64,000 nt of DNA from an uncultured Bacilli bacterium (GCA_947625535.1 CANQOR010000004.1:307-64306); one strand, 5' to 3'. Positions 18,612-28,219 are shown, counted from the stretch's first letter. The notes: generated by a model not told the origin, from the sequence alone. Translations and numbers: made by a program.

Positions 18612-21182
18612 ATGAAAAAAGATAAAAAGGAACCAAAAACTAAAATAAAAAGTAATAAAAATAGTTTAAAAATTACTTTAATTCTTATTATAAGTTTAAT
18701 CTTTGTTTTAGGTACTATTTTAATTGTTTATCTAGCTTTCTTTCATAATAAAAATAATCCTACTAATAAACAAGATGAAAGTAAAGTAATAGTTGAACAA
18801 AAAAGATATCTTGATTATACCTATGAAGATAGTTTTAATAACTACTTATTTGTTGATAAAGATAGGAAAATGGGTGCTATTGATAAAGATGGTAATGTAG
18901 TTATAGATTTCATTTATGATGATTCTTTTATAGCTTATGGTCAAAACTATGTTTTAATTCAAGGAGATAAACAATACTTGTATGATGCTAATTTAAATTT
19001 TATTACACAAGCAGATTTAAGTTTATATGTTACAGAAGATTTAAAAACTCATGAACCATTCTATTATTTAAAAGGTAAAATATATAATTTTAAAAATGAA
19101 ATAATTTATGATATGGGTAATGATAATTCTAATGATTACTATTTTCAAAAAGCAGGTAATTATATAATAACTGAAAATAATATTTTTAATCTTAGTACAC
19201 AAGTAGAAATACCTATAACATCATACTACATATATAATGATATTGTTTATGCCACTGCTAATAATAATACTATTATATATGTTATAGATCTTAATACTAA
19301 TTCTTTAACTAAGTATGATAAAGTAACATCTAGAGATGCTGGTTATAGTCTTTTAGATGAAGATAAAAATGAATATATCTTATTAGATTATATTGGTTTA
19401 TATAAGAAAAATGAACGTTATCAAATTGATGATTATCAATTTGATTTCAGTACTTGTGATATAGGTTTTAAAATCTATAATAAAGATAATAAATTATTAA
19501 AAGATAAATGCTATGATAGTTATTATAAGCATGATGATTATGGTGGTATTATAGTTTATAATATAGATGATAATGATGAAAGTGCTATTTTATATAATAA
19601 TCAATTAATTGTTCAAGACTTTCCTGGTACTATCATGGGGCGTTACATCGTTATGGGTGATGACTACGAAAATAATTCTAATGATTATTATGATATAAAA
19701 GAAAACAAAGTAGTTCATAATGAAACATGTAAAACCACTTTAGAATATGTAGGCAATAATAACTATTTATGTCAAGATACCAAAACAGCTTTCATAATGG
19801 ATGAATCATTTAATATAATATCTAAAAATTATAATTCAATTATCTGTTACCCAGATAGTAATTATTGTTCCTTTGAATTAAATGGTAAATATGGTTTACT
19901 ACATAATGGTGAAGAAATAATACCAGCTATTTATAATACAATTAACCTTGTTAAAGATAAAATAATAGGAACTACTTTATGGCATATTGATGCTTTCTTC
20001 TTAGAAAAAAATAATGGTCAAAATGCTTTACCTAAAGAAAAAATAAATATTGAAATACCATCTCCATACAATAGTATAAATACAGATGAAACAATTAAAA
20101 AATATAATCTTTCTTATATGGAAAAATTAATTAAAGAAAATGAAGAACTATTTAAAAAATATACTTATATAGTTGATAATAATAACAGACTAAAACCATA
20201 TCAAAATAAAGTTATGAATTTATTTTATGAACTAGTTTTAAACAAAAATTACCTTGATGAATATCATTTCTTTACTTCTTTAAAGGACTTAAGTATTGTA
20301 AAAAAGACTTCTTTAGAAAATCCTGATGCCATAGGTCTTTACTATGATACTTTTAAAAGAATAGATTTACTAAGTACAATGGATAATGTTATATATCATG
20401 AATTAACTCATTTCTTAGATTTCTCTATTAATGAATATTATGTTACTCGTCCAATTTATAAGTGTCATAATGAATATTACTCTAATAAAGATTATGCTAA
20501 TATGGATTTAAATGATCAATATAGTTGTCAAGTAGTTTATGAAAATGATGAAGAGATAAAGTTCTTATTAGAAGGAGGAGCTGAATACTTCTCAAGTTAC
20601 TATTTAAATAATAATTTCTTAAGAACCTATAACTTACAAACCAATATCTTAGGAGCTTTATGTTACATATATGGTTTTGATCTTATCAATGATATTTACT
20701 TTGATAATGAAAATGATGTATATAAACTATTTATGTTATTTAATGATGCTGGTTTAACTATTGATGATTTTAAAAACTTTATTCATATTGAAGCTAATGA
20801 AGAAGATAATCCTCAAAAATTCTTCTTTATTACCGATACATTAATAAAACTTTATGAATCAAAATTTAATACTAAATGGTATGAAGATAAAGAATTTAGT
20901 GAAATAATTACTACTTTAGTAGGATATCGAGAAATAAAATCTTCATATACAACTCGTTACAAAGAATATCAAAAACTTAATTATGATTTTGAAGAAAAGT
21001 ATAAAAATATTATTGATAGAAGTGAAGAAATAATTAATGTTTTACCAGCTTCATACATGAAAACAAATGAAGGTTCATATTATATATTCTCTGTATATAG
21101 AGATGATAAAATAGGTTATACAGTTGTTAAATATGATTTTAAAAATAGTAAAGTATTAGATAAAAAGAAAATAGTATTATAA
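18612..21182 (+). CDS. Membrane-anchored protein with WG-type (KWG) repeats and a C-terminal HExxH region
   Basis: N-terminal TM. Repeats of the type GAIDKDGNVVIDFIYDD and GKYGLLHNGEEIIPAIYN. VIYHELTHFLD motif. Confidence 0.6.
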   Translation: MKKDKKEPKTKIKSNKNSLKITLILIISLIFVLGTILIVYLAFFHNKNNPTNKQDESKVIVEQKRYLDYTYEDSFNNYLFVDKDRKMGAIDKDGNVVIDFIYDDSFIAYGQNYVLIQGDKQYLYDANLNFITQADLSLYVTEDLKTHEPFYYLKGKIYNFKNEIIYDMGNDNSNDYYFQKAGNYIITENNIFNLSTQVEIPITSYYIYNDIVYATANNNTIIYVIDLNTNSLTKYDKVTSRDAGYSLLDEDKNEYILLDYIGLYKKNERYQIDDYQFDFSTCDIGFKIYNKDNKLLKDKCYDSYYKHDDYGGIIVYNIDDNDESAILYNNQLIVQDFPGTIMGRYIVMGDDYENNSNDYYDIKENKVVHNETCKTTLEYVGNNNYLCQDTKTAFIMDESFNIISKNYNSIICYPDSNYCSFELNGKYGLLHNGEEIIPAIYNTINLVKDKIIGTTLWHIDAFFLEKNNGQNALPKEKINIEIPSPYNSINTDETIKKYNLSYMEKLIKENEELFKKYTYIVDNNNRLKPYQNKVMNLFYELVLNKNYLDEYHFFTSLKDLSIVKKTSLENPDAIGLYYDTFKRIDLLSTMDNVIYHELTHFLDFSINEYYVTRPIYKCHNEYYSNKDYANMDLNDQYSCQVVYENDEEIKFLLEGGAEYFSSYYLNNNFLRTYNLQTNILGALCYIYGFDLINDIYFDNENDVYKLFMLFNDAGLTIDDFKNFIHIEANEEDNPQKFFFITDTLIKLYESKFNTKWYEDKEFSEIITTLVGYREIKSSYTTRYKEYQKLNYDFEEKYKNIIDRSEEIINVLPASYMKTNEGSYYIFSVYRDDKIGYTVVKYDFKNSKVLDKKKIVL

Positions 21183-21220
21183 AATTTATAGTATAATTTA
21201 AATAATAGTGGAGGTGCATT

Positions 21221-23701
21221 ATGTCAGAATTAAAAGAACATTTTAAAGTTGACTATAAAAATACCGTTAGTAAACCCCAAACCATCTTTAAAGGTCAATT
21301 CTATCGTATAACTATCTTAAGTGATTTATTAGTAAGACTAGAATTTAGTGAAGAAGGTTACTTCGAAGATCGTCCAACAGAGTTTGCTAAATTTAGAAAT
21401 TTTCCTATTCCGCAAATGAAAGTAGATCAAAATGAACGTATCTTAGATATCACAACTAAATACTTTAATTTAAGATATGAAAAAGAAAAATCATTTGCTG
21501 GTAATAAATATTCGCCAGATAGTATTTTAAGAATTAAACTTTTAGATGCTGCTAATAAAGAGTGGTATTATGGTCACCCTGAAGCTCGTAACTACAAAGG
21601 TATTGTTGCTAATATTGACCAAACTACTGATCCATTCTTAGAAGAAACAGAAGTTAAAGACTTTAAACATGTTAAAAGAAAAGTCGAAGAAATGTTTATG
21701 GCTAAAGCTAAAGGTTTATATTCTGCCGATGGCTTTGTTTCTATAGATGACTCTAAATCAAACTTCTTAGCTGAAGATGGAACAATTATATACAATGATA
21801 AAAAAAGAATAGATATCTATGTCTTTATGTATAATAAAGACTTTGGTAACTGTTTACAAAGTTATTTTACATTAACGGGAATGCCACCATTAATACCTCG
21901 TTATGCTCTAGGTATTTGGTGGAATAAAAATGATGTTTATAACTTTGAAGACATAAAAAAACTATTAACTGAATTTAATAAAAATAAAATTCCAATGAGT
22001 ATCTTATTACTAGGTGATAACTGGCATTTAAAAGATAAAAATAACTTAGGAAGATTTAATTCCGGTTTTACTTTTAACCGTGAACTATTTCCTAAACCAG
22101 CTGAATTTACTAAATACTTACATGAACGTGGTGTAAGAGTCGGTGTAAGTTTAGACCCTAGTGAAGGTATTCATCCTCATGAACCAAAATTCGATGAAGT
22201 AGCTAAACGAGTTGGAGTAGCTGATAAAACAGCTATACCATTTAATGTTTATGATAAAGAATTAATGATAGGTTACTTAGATGAATTAATAGATCCATTA
22301 TATAAAATAGGTATTGATTTATTTTGGATTAACTATCGTAACTTAAAAGATAAAAGTTCTAATGATGTTTTAAATTACTATCATTTTACTGACTTTAGTA
22401 AAATGGAAGGAGCAAGACCTTTATTATTAACAAGACCTAGTACTTATGCTCCTCATTTATTCCCAATTCATTATAGTGGTGAAACTTCTGTTAGTTGGAA
22501 TACTTTAAAATTATTACCATATTATAATAGTACATCTTCTAACTTAGGTTTATCTTGGTGGAGCCATGATATTGGTGGATACAAAGATGGTATTGAAGAT
22601 TCAGAACTATATATTAGATATGTTCAATTTGGTACTTATAGTCCAATCTTTAGATTTAGTGCTAAATATGGTCGTTATTATAAAAGAGAACCATGGAAAT
22701 GGGATATTAAAACTTTAAATATCGTTCGTGCTTATTGTCAACAAAGACATCGTTTAATACCATATATTTACTCAGAAGGATATAAATATCATAAAGTTGG
22801 TCTTCCACTAGTTCAACCTCTATATTACCAATATCCTGAAATATATGATGAATTAGATTATAAAAATGAATATTACTTTGGTTCAGAGTTATTTGTTGCT
22901 CCAATTACTAAACCAAAAGATGTTGTCATGAACCGTTCTGTTGAAAAAATCTTCTTACCTAAAGGAACTTGGTATGATTTTAAAACTGGTAAAAAATATT
23001 TAGGTAATAAAAGATATATTTTATTCTATAAAGATGAAGATTACCCAGTCTTTGCTCGTGATGGCTCTATAGTATGTATGGCTGATTTAGAAAATAATAT
23101 GAATGTTACTAATGCTCCTAAAACAATGGAAATTCATATCTTCCCAGGTAAAAGTAATCAATATAATTTATACGAAGATGATGGCTTTAGTAATCTTTAT
23201 AAAGAAGGCTACTACTTACTTACAAGAGTAGATTATAACTACATGACTAATAACTATACTTTAATTATTCGTCCTGTTGAAGGTAAAACAGGCATCGTTC
23301 CTGCTAAACGTAATTATCGTATAAGATTTAGAAATACTAGAGAAGCTAATGATGTTATCGTTTACATAGATAGTGAAAAAGTTGAAAGTGATCATTATGT
23401 TGAAGATACTGACTTTATTGTTGAAGTAAATGATGTTCCAACAACTAAACAATTAACTATTAACTGTAAAGGTAAAGATATTGAAATAGATGCTGTTCGT
23501 TTAATTAATGAAGATATCGATTCCATTATTTCTGACTTACAGATTAAAACTGTCTTAAAAGAAAAAATAAGTCGTATCGTCTTTGCTAATATTAGTATTG
23601 ATAAGAAAAAGGTTGAAATTAAGAAACTTCAAAAAGCTGGTCTAGATCGTACATTCGTTAATATGTTCATGAAATTGTTAGAGTATGTTGCACAAATTTA
23701 G
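21221..23701 (+). CDS. Glycoside hydrolase family 31-like protein with atypical catalytic positions
   Basis: GIDLFWINYRN, PIHYSGETSVSW and WWSHDIGGY blocks align by eye with YicI GVDCFKTDFGE, PVHWGGDC and FWSHDIGGF. Confidence 0.75.
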   Translation: MSELKEHFKVDYKNTVSKPQTIFKGQFYRITILSDLLVRLEFSEEGYFEDRPTEFAKFRNFPIPQMKVDQNERILDITTKYFNLRYEKEKSFAGNKYSPDSILRIKLLDAANKEWYYGHPEARNYKGIVANIDQTTDPFLEETEVKDFKHVKRKVEEMFMAKAKGLYSADGFVSIDDSKSNFLAEDGTIIYNDKKRIDIYVFMYNKDFGNCLQSYFTLTGMPPLIPRYALGIWWNKNDVYNFEDIKKLLTEFNKNKIPMSILLLGDNWHLKDKNNLGRFNSGFTFNRELFPKPAEFTKYLHERGVRVGVSLDPSEGIHPHEPKFDEVAKRVGVADKTAIPFNVYDKELMIGYLDELIDPLYKIGIDLFWINYRNLKDKSSNDVLNYYHFTDFSKMEGARPLLLTRPSTYAPHLFPIHYSGETSVSWNTLKLLPYYNSTSSNLGLSWWSHDIGGYKDGIEDSELYIRYVQFGTYSPIFRFSAKYGRYYKREPWKWDIKTLNIVRAYCQQRHRLIPYIYSEGYKYHKVGLPLVQPLYYQYPEIYDELDYKNEYYFGSELFVAPITKPKDVVMNRSVEKIFLPKGTWYDFKTGKKYLGNKRYILFYKDEDYPVFARDGSIVCMADLENNMNVTNAPKTMEIHIFPGKSNQYNLYEDDGFSNLYKEGYYLLTRVDYNYMTNNYTLIIRPVEGKTGIVPAKRNYRIRFRNTREANDVIVYIDSEKVESDHYVEDTDFIVEVNDVPTTKQLTINCKGKDIEIDAVRLINEDIDSIISDLQIKTVLKEKISRIVFANISIDKKKVEIKKLQKAGLDRTFVNMFMKLLEYVAQI

Positions 23702-23739
23702 TTTTTTAAGTATAATAGCGTTAGTAAGGGGATGATTAT

Positions 23740-24297
23740 ATGCCAGGACCAAGAGGACCAAGAGGACCAATGGGTGGACCAAGAGGACCTATGGGCGGCC
23801 CTATGGGTGGACCAGTGGGTGGACCAATGGGTGGTGGACGTACAATTTATGTTAATGGTCGTCCAATCAATAACTTTGCACCTGCTGCTGGTGGTAAATC
23901 ACTAGGACCAACAGGTGGCCCAATAGATGCTATGGTTACTTATTCAGGCAATATTAAGCGTAATTTTAAATACGCTATCAAAAAAAATGGTATTTTAAAA
24001 GGATCACTAGTAGGTATTCATTATTACTTAACTAATGGTTTCCATTCTAGTGCCTTTAAAAGTAGATTAAATTCCGCAGCCAAAGAATTTGCTAAAGGCA
24101 AAATTACTGAACAACAATATGCTGTTCGTCGTATGCAAGCTGCAGGAGCTTATTACAAATATCAACATCAAATAGGAATTATCACTGATAAAGAACTATC
24201 TGCTGAAATGTATTTGTTTGCTAAAAATATTGGTGTTCGCTATGAAGATCCTAACATTCATTATGATGCACCAACAACTGGTGGACCATCAAGATAA
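23740..24297 (+). CDS. Hypothetical protein with Pro/Gly/Met-rich repetitive N-terminus
   Basis: SD aagggg. MPGPRGPRGPMGGPRGPMGGPMGGPVGGPMGG, then a ~120-aa basic domain of unknown function. Confidence 0.6.
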   Translation: MPGPRGPRGPMGGPRGPMGGPMGGPVGGPMGGGRTIYVNGRPINNFAPAAGGKSLGPTGGPIDAMVTYSGNIKRNFKYAIKKNGILKGSLVGIHYYLTNGFHSSAFKSRLNSAAKEFAKGKITEQQYAVRRMQAAGAYYKYQHQIGIITDKELSAEMYLFAKNIGVRYEDPNIHYDAPTTGGPSR

Positions 24298-24301
24298 TTG
24301 C

Positions 24302-24531
24302 TTGATTTTATCACCAAGATAATTTATAATACGATTTAAGTGATGAAAAAAGAGTAGTAATATATTAATTATTAAAGAGAGCTAATGGTTGGTGTAAATT
24401 AGTATAAAAGATATATGAACTTGCTTTTGGAGCTATTAGGGTGATTCCTTTATCGATTATAAGCTAATATTTATATTAGAAATTAAGGTGGTACCACGAC
24501 ATTTTCGTCCTTATGATGAAAATGTCTTTTT
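24302..24531 (+). promoter_or_regulatory. T-box riboswitch leader, probable Leu specificity, with promoter and terminator
   Basis: -35 TTGATT 24302-24307, 17-nt spacer, -10 TATAAT 24325-24330. tgatga K-turn motif, agagag, ggttggtgtaaa distal elements. GAA-CTT-G specifier candidate (CTT 24420-24422). T-box aaggtggtaccacg 24485-24498. Terminator gacattttc/gaaaatgtc plus T-run, 24498-24531. Confidence 0.85.
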
Positions 24532-24551
24532 ATTTAAGGAGATGAAATAAT

Positions 24552-24908
24552 ATGTTTGAATTAGTTTTATTTATTATAATGTTTCTTATAATATACTTTG
24601 TCTATTATTTTATATTTGATGATTTACTCAAAAAAGAAAAATATACTAAGATATCTGAACTAGTTATCCTGACTAAGAAATTTAACTTAGATAAAAAGAA
24701 AATGAGTTATCGTAAATGTTTAAATGGTATAGCAGCTATTAATGCTTTCATAATATCATTTACCATAACTATTATAGAATTAATTCCTGTAAATATTATT
24801 TTTAAACTAGTAATAGCATTTATTATAATCTTAATTCTTATCTTTAGTCTTTACTTCTCATATGGTAAATATCTAAATAAAAAATGGGGTAAAGAAGATG
24901 AAAAATAA
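24552..24908 (+). CDS. Small membrane protein (118 aa), first gene of the T-box(Leu) operon
   Basis: SD aaggag. Three predicted TM segments. No recognisable family. Confidence 0.6.
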   Translation: MFELVLFIIMFLIIYFVYYFIFDDLLKKEKYTKISELVILTKKFNLDKKKMSYRKCLNGIAAINAFIISFTITIIELIPVNIIFKLVIAFIIILILIFSLYFSYGKYLNKKWGKEDEK

Positions 24909-25728
24909 AATAGCTATTAAATTCTTAACTGATACAAATAAAGAAATAAAAGTTTATACAACAAGACCAGATCTTATTTATGGTGTTACTTTTATCTTAA
25001 TCCCTAGTAATAAAAATAAATTTACTAATACTTATGCTATTAATCCTTTAAATAATAAAAAAATACCTATATATGAAAGTACTGAAGTAAAAAATAATCA
25101 CATGGGTGTTCCTTATCATAATCATAAAGATTATTTATTTGCTTTAGAACATAAAATAGAAATGATTCAAGTCATTGAAGAAATAACTGGAACACCAAAT
25201 AAAGATGAATTTACTAAAAAATCCATAGTTGCAATTGTTTATAATCCTCATAATAAAAAATATCTAACTATCAATTGGCATGATAAAGGTGGTCGTTTAT
25301 TTATCGGAGGAACAATTAAAGAACAAGAAGAACCTCTTACTTGTGCTTTAAGAGAAATAAAAGAAGAAACCGGCTATTATAATTTAGAATTACTTAGAAC
25401 TCTTCCTTTAATAAATCATCATTATTATGCTTATAATAAAAATAAATATTTTAATATAGAATGTACAGGTTTTCTTTTCTCTTTAAAAGATGAAACTAAA
25501 TATGAACAAAACCTAGATGAAGATGAAGTATTTAGTGTTGAATGGGTAAATAAAACAACTGCTTTAAAAGAAATAAAAGATGGTCTCCATCATAAAACAT
25601 TTACTTATTCTTTAACACAAAAACCAATTACAACTAATGGTATTCATATTAATTCTGATATTTTAAATGGTTTAAATAAAGAAGAAGCTATTCTTAAAAT
25701 ATCTGAATGGTTAAAACATAATAATTAG
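24898..25728 (+). CDS. LeuRS-CP1-flank-like fragment fused to a Nudix hydrolase domain
   Basis: N-terminus IKVYTTRPDLIYGVTFILIPS ... YAINPLNNKKIPIY ... GVPYHNHKDYLFALEHKIEMIQVIE parallels leuS FSIFTTCIETIFGITFFVIAP ... KAINPINGEEVPIY ... AVPAHDQRDFEYAKAHKLKVVEVIT. Intact Nudix box GGTIKEQEEPLTCALREIKEETG. Confidence 0.75.
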   Translation: MKNKIAIKFLTDTNKEIKVYTTRPDLIYGVTFILIPSNKNKFTNTYAINPLNNKKIPIYESTEVKNNHMGVPYHNHKDYLFALEHKIEMIQVIEEITGTPNKDEFTKKSIVAIVYNPHNKKYLTINWHDKGGRLFIGGTIKEQEEPLTCALREIKEETGYYNLELLRTLPLINHHYYAYNKNKYFNIECTGFLFSLKDETKYEQNLDEDEVFSVEWVNKTTALKEIKDGLHHKTFTYSLTQKPITTNGIHINSDILNGLNKEEAILKISEWLKHNN

Positions 25729-25744
25729 AAACGGAGATATAAAA

Positions 25745-28165
25745 ATGGAATATAATTTTAATAAAATAGAAAAAAAATGGCAAGATTACTGGGATGAACA
25801 TCATACTTTTGAAGCTAAAACAGGGGATAAAACTAAAAAACCATATTACATCTTAGTTGAATTTCCTTATCCAAGTGGATCTGGTTTACATGTTGGTCAT
25901 GTAAGAAGTTATACTGCTCAAGATGCTATTGCTCGTATGAAAAGAATGCAAGGTTTAAATATCTTGTATCCAATGGGTTGGGATGCTTTTGGTGCTCCAG
26001 CTGAACAGTATGCTATTAAAAATCATATTCATCCTAAAGATGCTGTTAAAGAAAACATCGTAACTTTTAAAAGTCAAATGAAGAGCTTAGGTTTCTCATT
26101 TGATTGGAGTAGAGAATTTTCCACTACTGATCCAGAGTATTATAAATGGACTCAATGGCAATTCTTACAATTCTATAAACATGGTATGGCTTATAAAGAC
26201 ACAATTCCTGTAAACTGGTGTCCTACATGTAAATCAGTATTATCTAATGAAGATGCTGCTGGTGGTGTTTGTGAAAGATGTGGCAGTCCTGTTATCCAAA
26301 AAGAAAAAGCTCAATGGATGTTAAGAATGAGTGACTATGCTGAAGACTTACTTAAAGGTTTAGATGATACTAACTTTGCTGAAAAAGTTAAATTAGGTCA
26401 AATAAATTGGATTGGTAAATCAACTGGTGTTGAAGTAGATGTTGACATCGTTGGTGGTGGTAAATTTTCAATATTTACTACATGTATCGAAACTATTTTT
26501 GGTATTACTTTCTTTGTTATCGCTCCCGATGGTAAATTAATAAAAGAATTAATGCCTCGTGTTGAAAATAAAGATGAAGTACTTGCTTACATCGAAGAAA
26601 CAAGTAAAAAATCTAATATGGATCGTACTGAACTTAATAAAGGTAAAAGTGGTGTCTTAGTAAAAGGTATTAAAGCTATTAATCCAATTAATGGTGAAGA
26701 AGTACCAATTTACTTAGGTGACTTTGTCTTAGGTGATTATGGTACAGGTGCTGTTATGGCTGTTCCTGCTCATGACCAAAGAGACTTTGAGTATGCTAAA
26801 GCTCATAAATTAAAAGTTGTTGAAGTAATAACAGGTGGCGATATTAAAAAACAAGCTTATGAAAAATATGATTACTTAGAAAATCCTAATGCTAAATTAA
26901 TTAACTCAGGTGAATTTAGTGGTATGAGTGTTAAAGAAGCTAAAGAAGCCATTACTAAAATGTTAGAAGAAAAAGGTATTGGTCGTGTAGTTAATAACTA
27001 CAAAATGCGTGATTGGATCTTCTCAAGACAACGTTTCTGGGGTGAACCAATTCCAATGATTTATTGTGAAAAATGTGGCTGGCAACCAATGGATGAAAAA
27101 GATTTACCATTGTTATTGCCAGATGTAGCTGAATACGAACCAACAGAAAATGGTGAAAGTCCACTTGCTAATATCACTGACTGGGTTAATACTAAATGTC
27201 CTTGTTGTGGTGGACCAGCTAAAAGAGAAACAGATACAATGCCAAACTGGGCTGGATCAAGCTGGTATTTCTTAAGATTTATGGATGCTCATAACGATAA
27301 AGAATTTGCTAGTATGGAAGCTATGAAATACTGGAATAGAGTAGATTGGTATAATGGTGGTATGGAACATACTGCTAGACATTTATTATATGCTAGATTC
27401 TGGGTTCAATTCTTATATAACATTGGCTTAGTACCAAATAAAGAAATGATATGGACTCGTGTAAGCCATGGTATGGTCTTAGGTTCTAATAATGAAAAAA
27501 TGAGTAAATCTAAAGGTAATGTTATTAATCCAGATGATATTGTTAAAGAATATGGTGCTGATACTTTAAGAGTTTATGAAATGTTTATGGGTGATTACGA
27601 ACAAGATGCTCCTTGGAGTACTGACTCTTTAAGAGGATGTAAACGTTTCATAGATAAAGTAGTTAGATTAAAAGATAAAGTAGTAGATGGTAAAGAATAT
27701 TCTAAAGACTTAGAAAGCTTAATCCATAAGAGTATTAAAAAAGTAGAATATGATTTAACTCATATGGCTTATAATACAGTTGTTTCAACATTAATGATTT
27801 TAACTAATACTTATGATGATAAAGAACATATTACAAAAGAAGATTACCATGTCTTATTAACTTTATTAAATCCATTGGCACCACATATTACCGAAGAATT
27901 AAATGAAGCCATTGGTTACAAACCAATTTGTGAAAGTACATGGCCAACATATGATGAAGCTAAAACAATTGATAACGAAAAAACAATTGGTGTTCAAGTA
28001 AATGGTAAATTAAGAGCATCAATTACTATAAATATTGATGAAGATGAAGAATCTGTTAAATCAAAAGCTATGGCTGAACCAAATGTTATTAAATTTACTG
28101 AAGGTAAAGAAATAGTTAAAGTTATCGTTGTTGCAGGTAAAATAGTTAATATAGTTGTTAAATAA
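25745..28165 (+). CDS. leuS: Leucine--tRNA ligase
   Basis: HIGH region LHVGHVRSY, KMSKSKGN, Zn-binding CPTC/CERC, overall bacterial LeuRS layout, 806 aa. Confidence 0.97.
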   Translation: MEYNFNKIEKKWQDYWDEHHTFEAKTGDKTKKPYYILVEFPYPSGSGLHVGHVRSYTAQDAIARMKRMQGLNILYPMGWDAFGAPAEQYAIKNHIHPKDAVKENIVTFKSQMKSLGFSFDWSREFSTTDPEYYKWTQWQFLQFYKHGMAYKDTIPVNWCPTCKSVLSNEDAAGGVCERCGSPVIQKEKAQWMLRMSDYAEDLLKGLDDTNFAEKVKLGQINWIGKSTGVEVDVDIVGGGKFSIFTTCIETIFGITFFVIAPDGKLIKELMPRVENKDEVLAYIEETSKKSNMDRTELNKGKSGVLVKGIKAINPINGEEVPIYLGDFVLGDYGTGAVMAVPAHDQRDFEYAKAHKLKVVEVITGGDIKKQAYEKYDYLENPNAKLINSGEFSGMSVKEAKEAITKMLEEKGIGRVVNNYKMRDWIFSRQRFWGEPIPMIYCEKCGWQPMDEKDLPLLLPDVAEYEPTENGESPLANITDWVNTKCPCCGGPAKRETDTMPNWAGSSWYFLRFMDAHNDKEFASMEAMKYWNRVDWYNGGMEHTARHLLYARFWVQFLYNIGLVPNKEMIWTRVSHGMVLGSNNEKMSKSKGNVINPDDIVKEYGADTLRVYEMFMGDYEQDAPWSTDSLRGCKRFIDKVVRLKDKVVDGKEYSKDLESLIHKSIKKVEYDLTHMAYNTVVSTLMILTNTYDDKEHITKEDYHVLLTLLNPLAPHITEELNEAIGYKPICESTWPTYDEAKTIDNEKTIGVQVNGKLRASITINIDEDEESVKSKAMAEPNVIKFTEGKEIVKVIVVAGKIVNIVVK

Positions 28166-28175
28166 TTAATAAAAA

Positions 28176-28206
28176 GTAGATTTAAAGGAATTAAATCTAC
28201 TTTTTT
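28176..28206 (+). terminator. Terminator after leuS
   Basis: gtagatttaa / ttaaatctac 10-bp stem, aggaa loop, T6. Confidence 0.85.
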
Positions 28207-28219
28207 GTTATAATAATTA

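Noticed and set aside
23740-23850. Collagen-like triple-helix (G-X-Y) region
   Set aside because: The Gly periodicity breaks repeatedly (GPR GPR GPM GGP RGP MGG ...), so it is not a continuous G-X-Y repeat.
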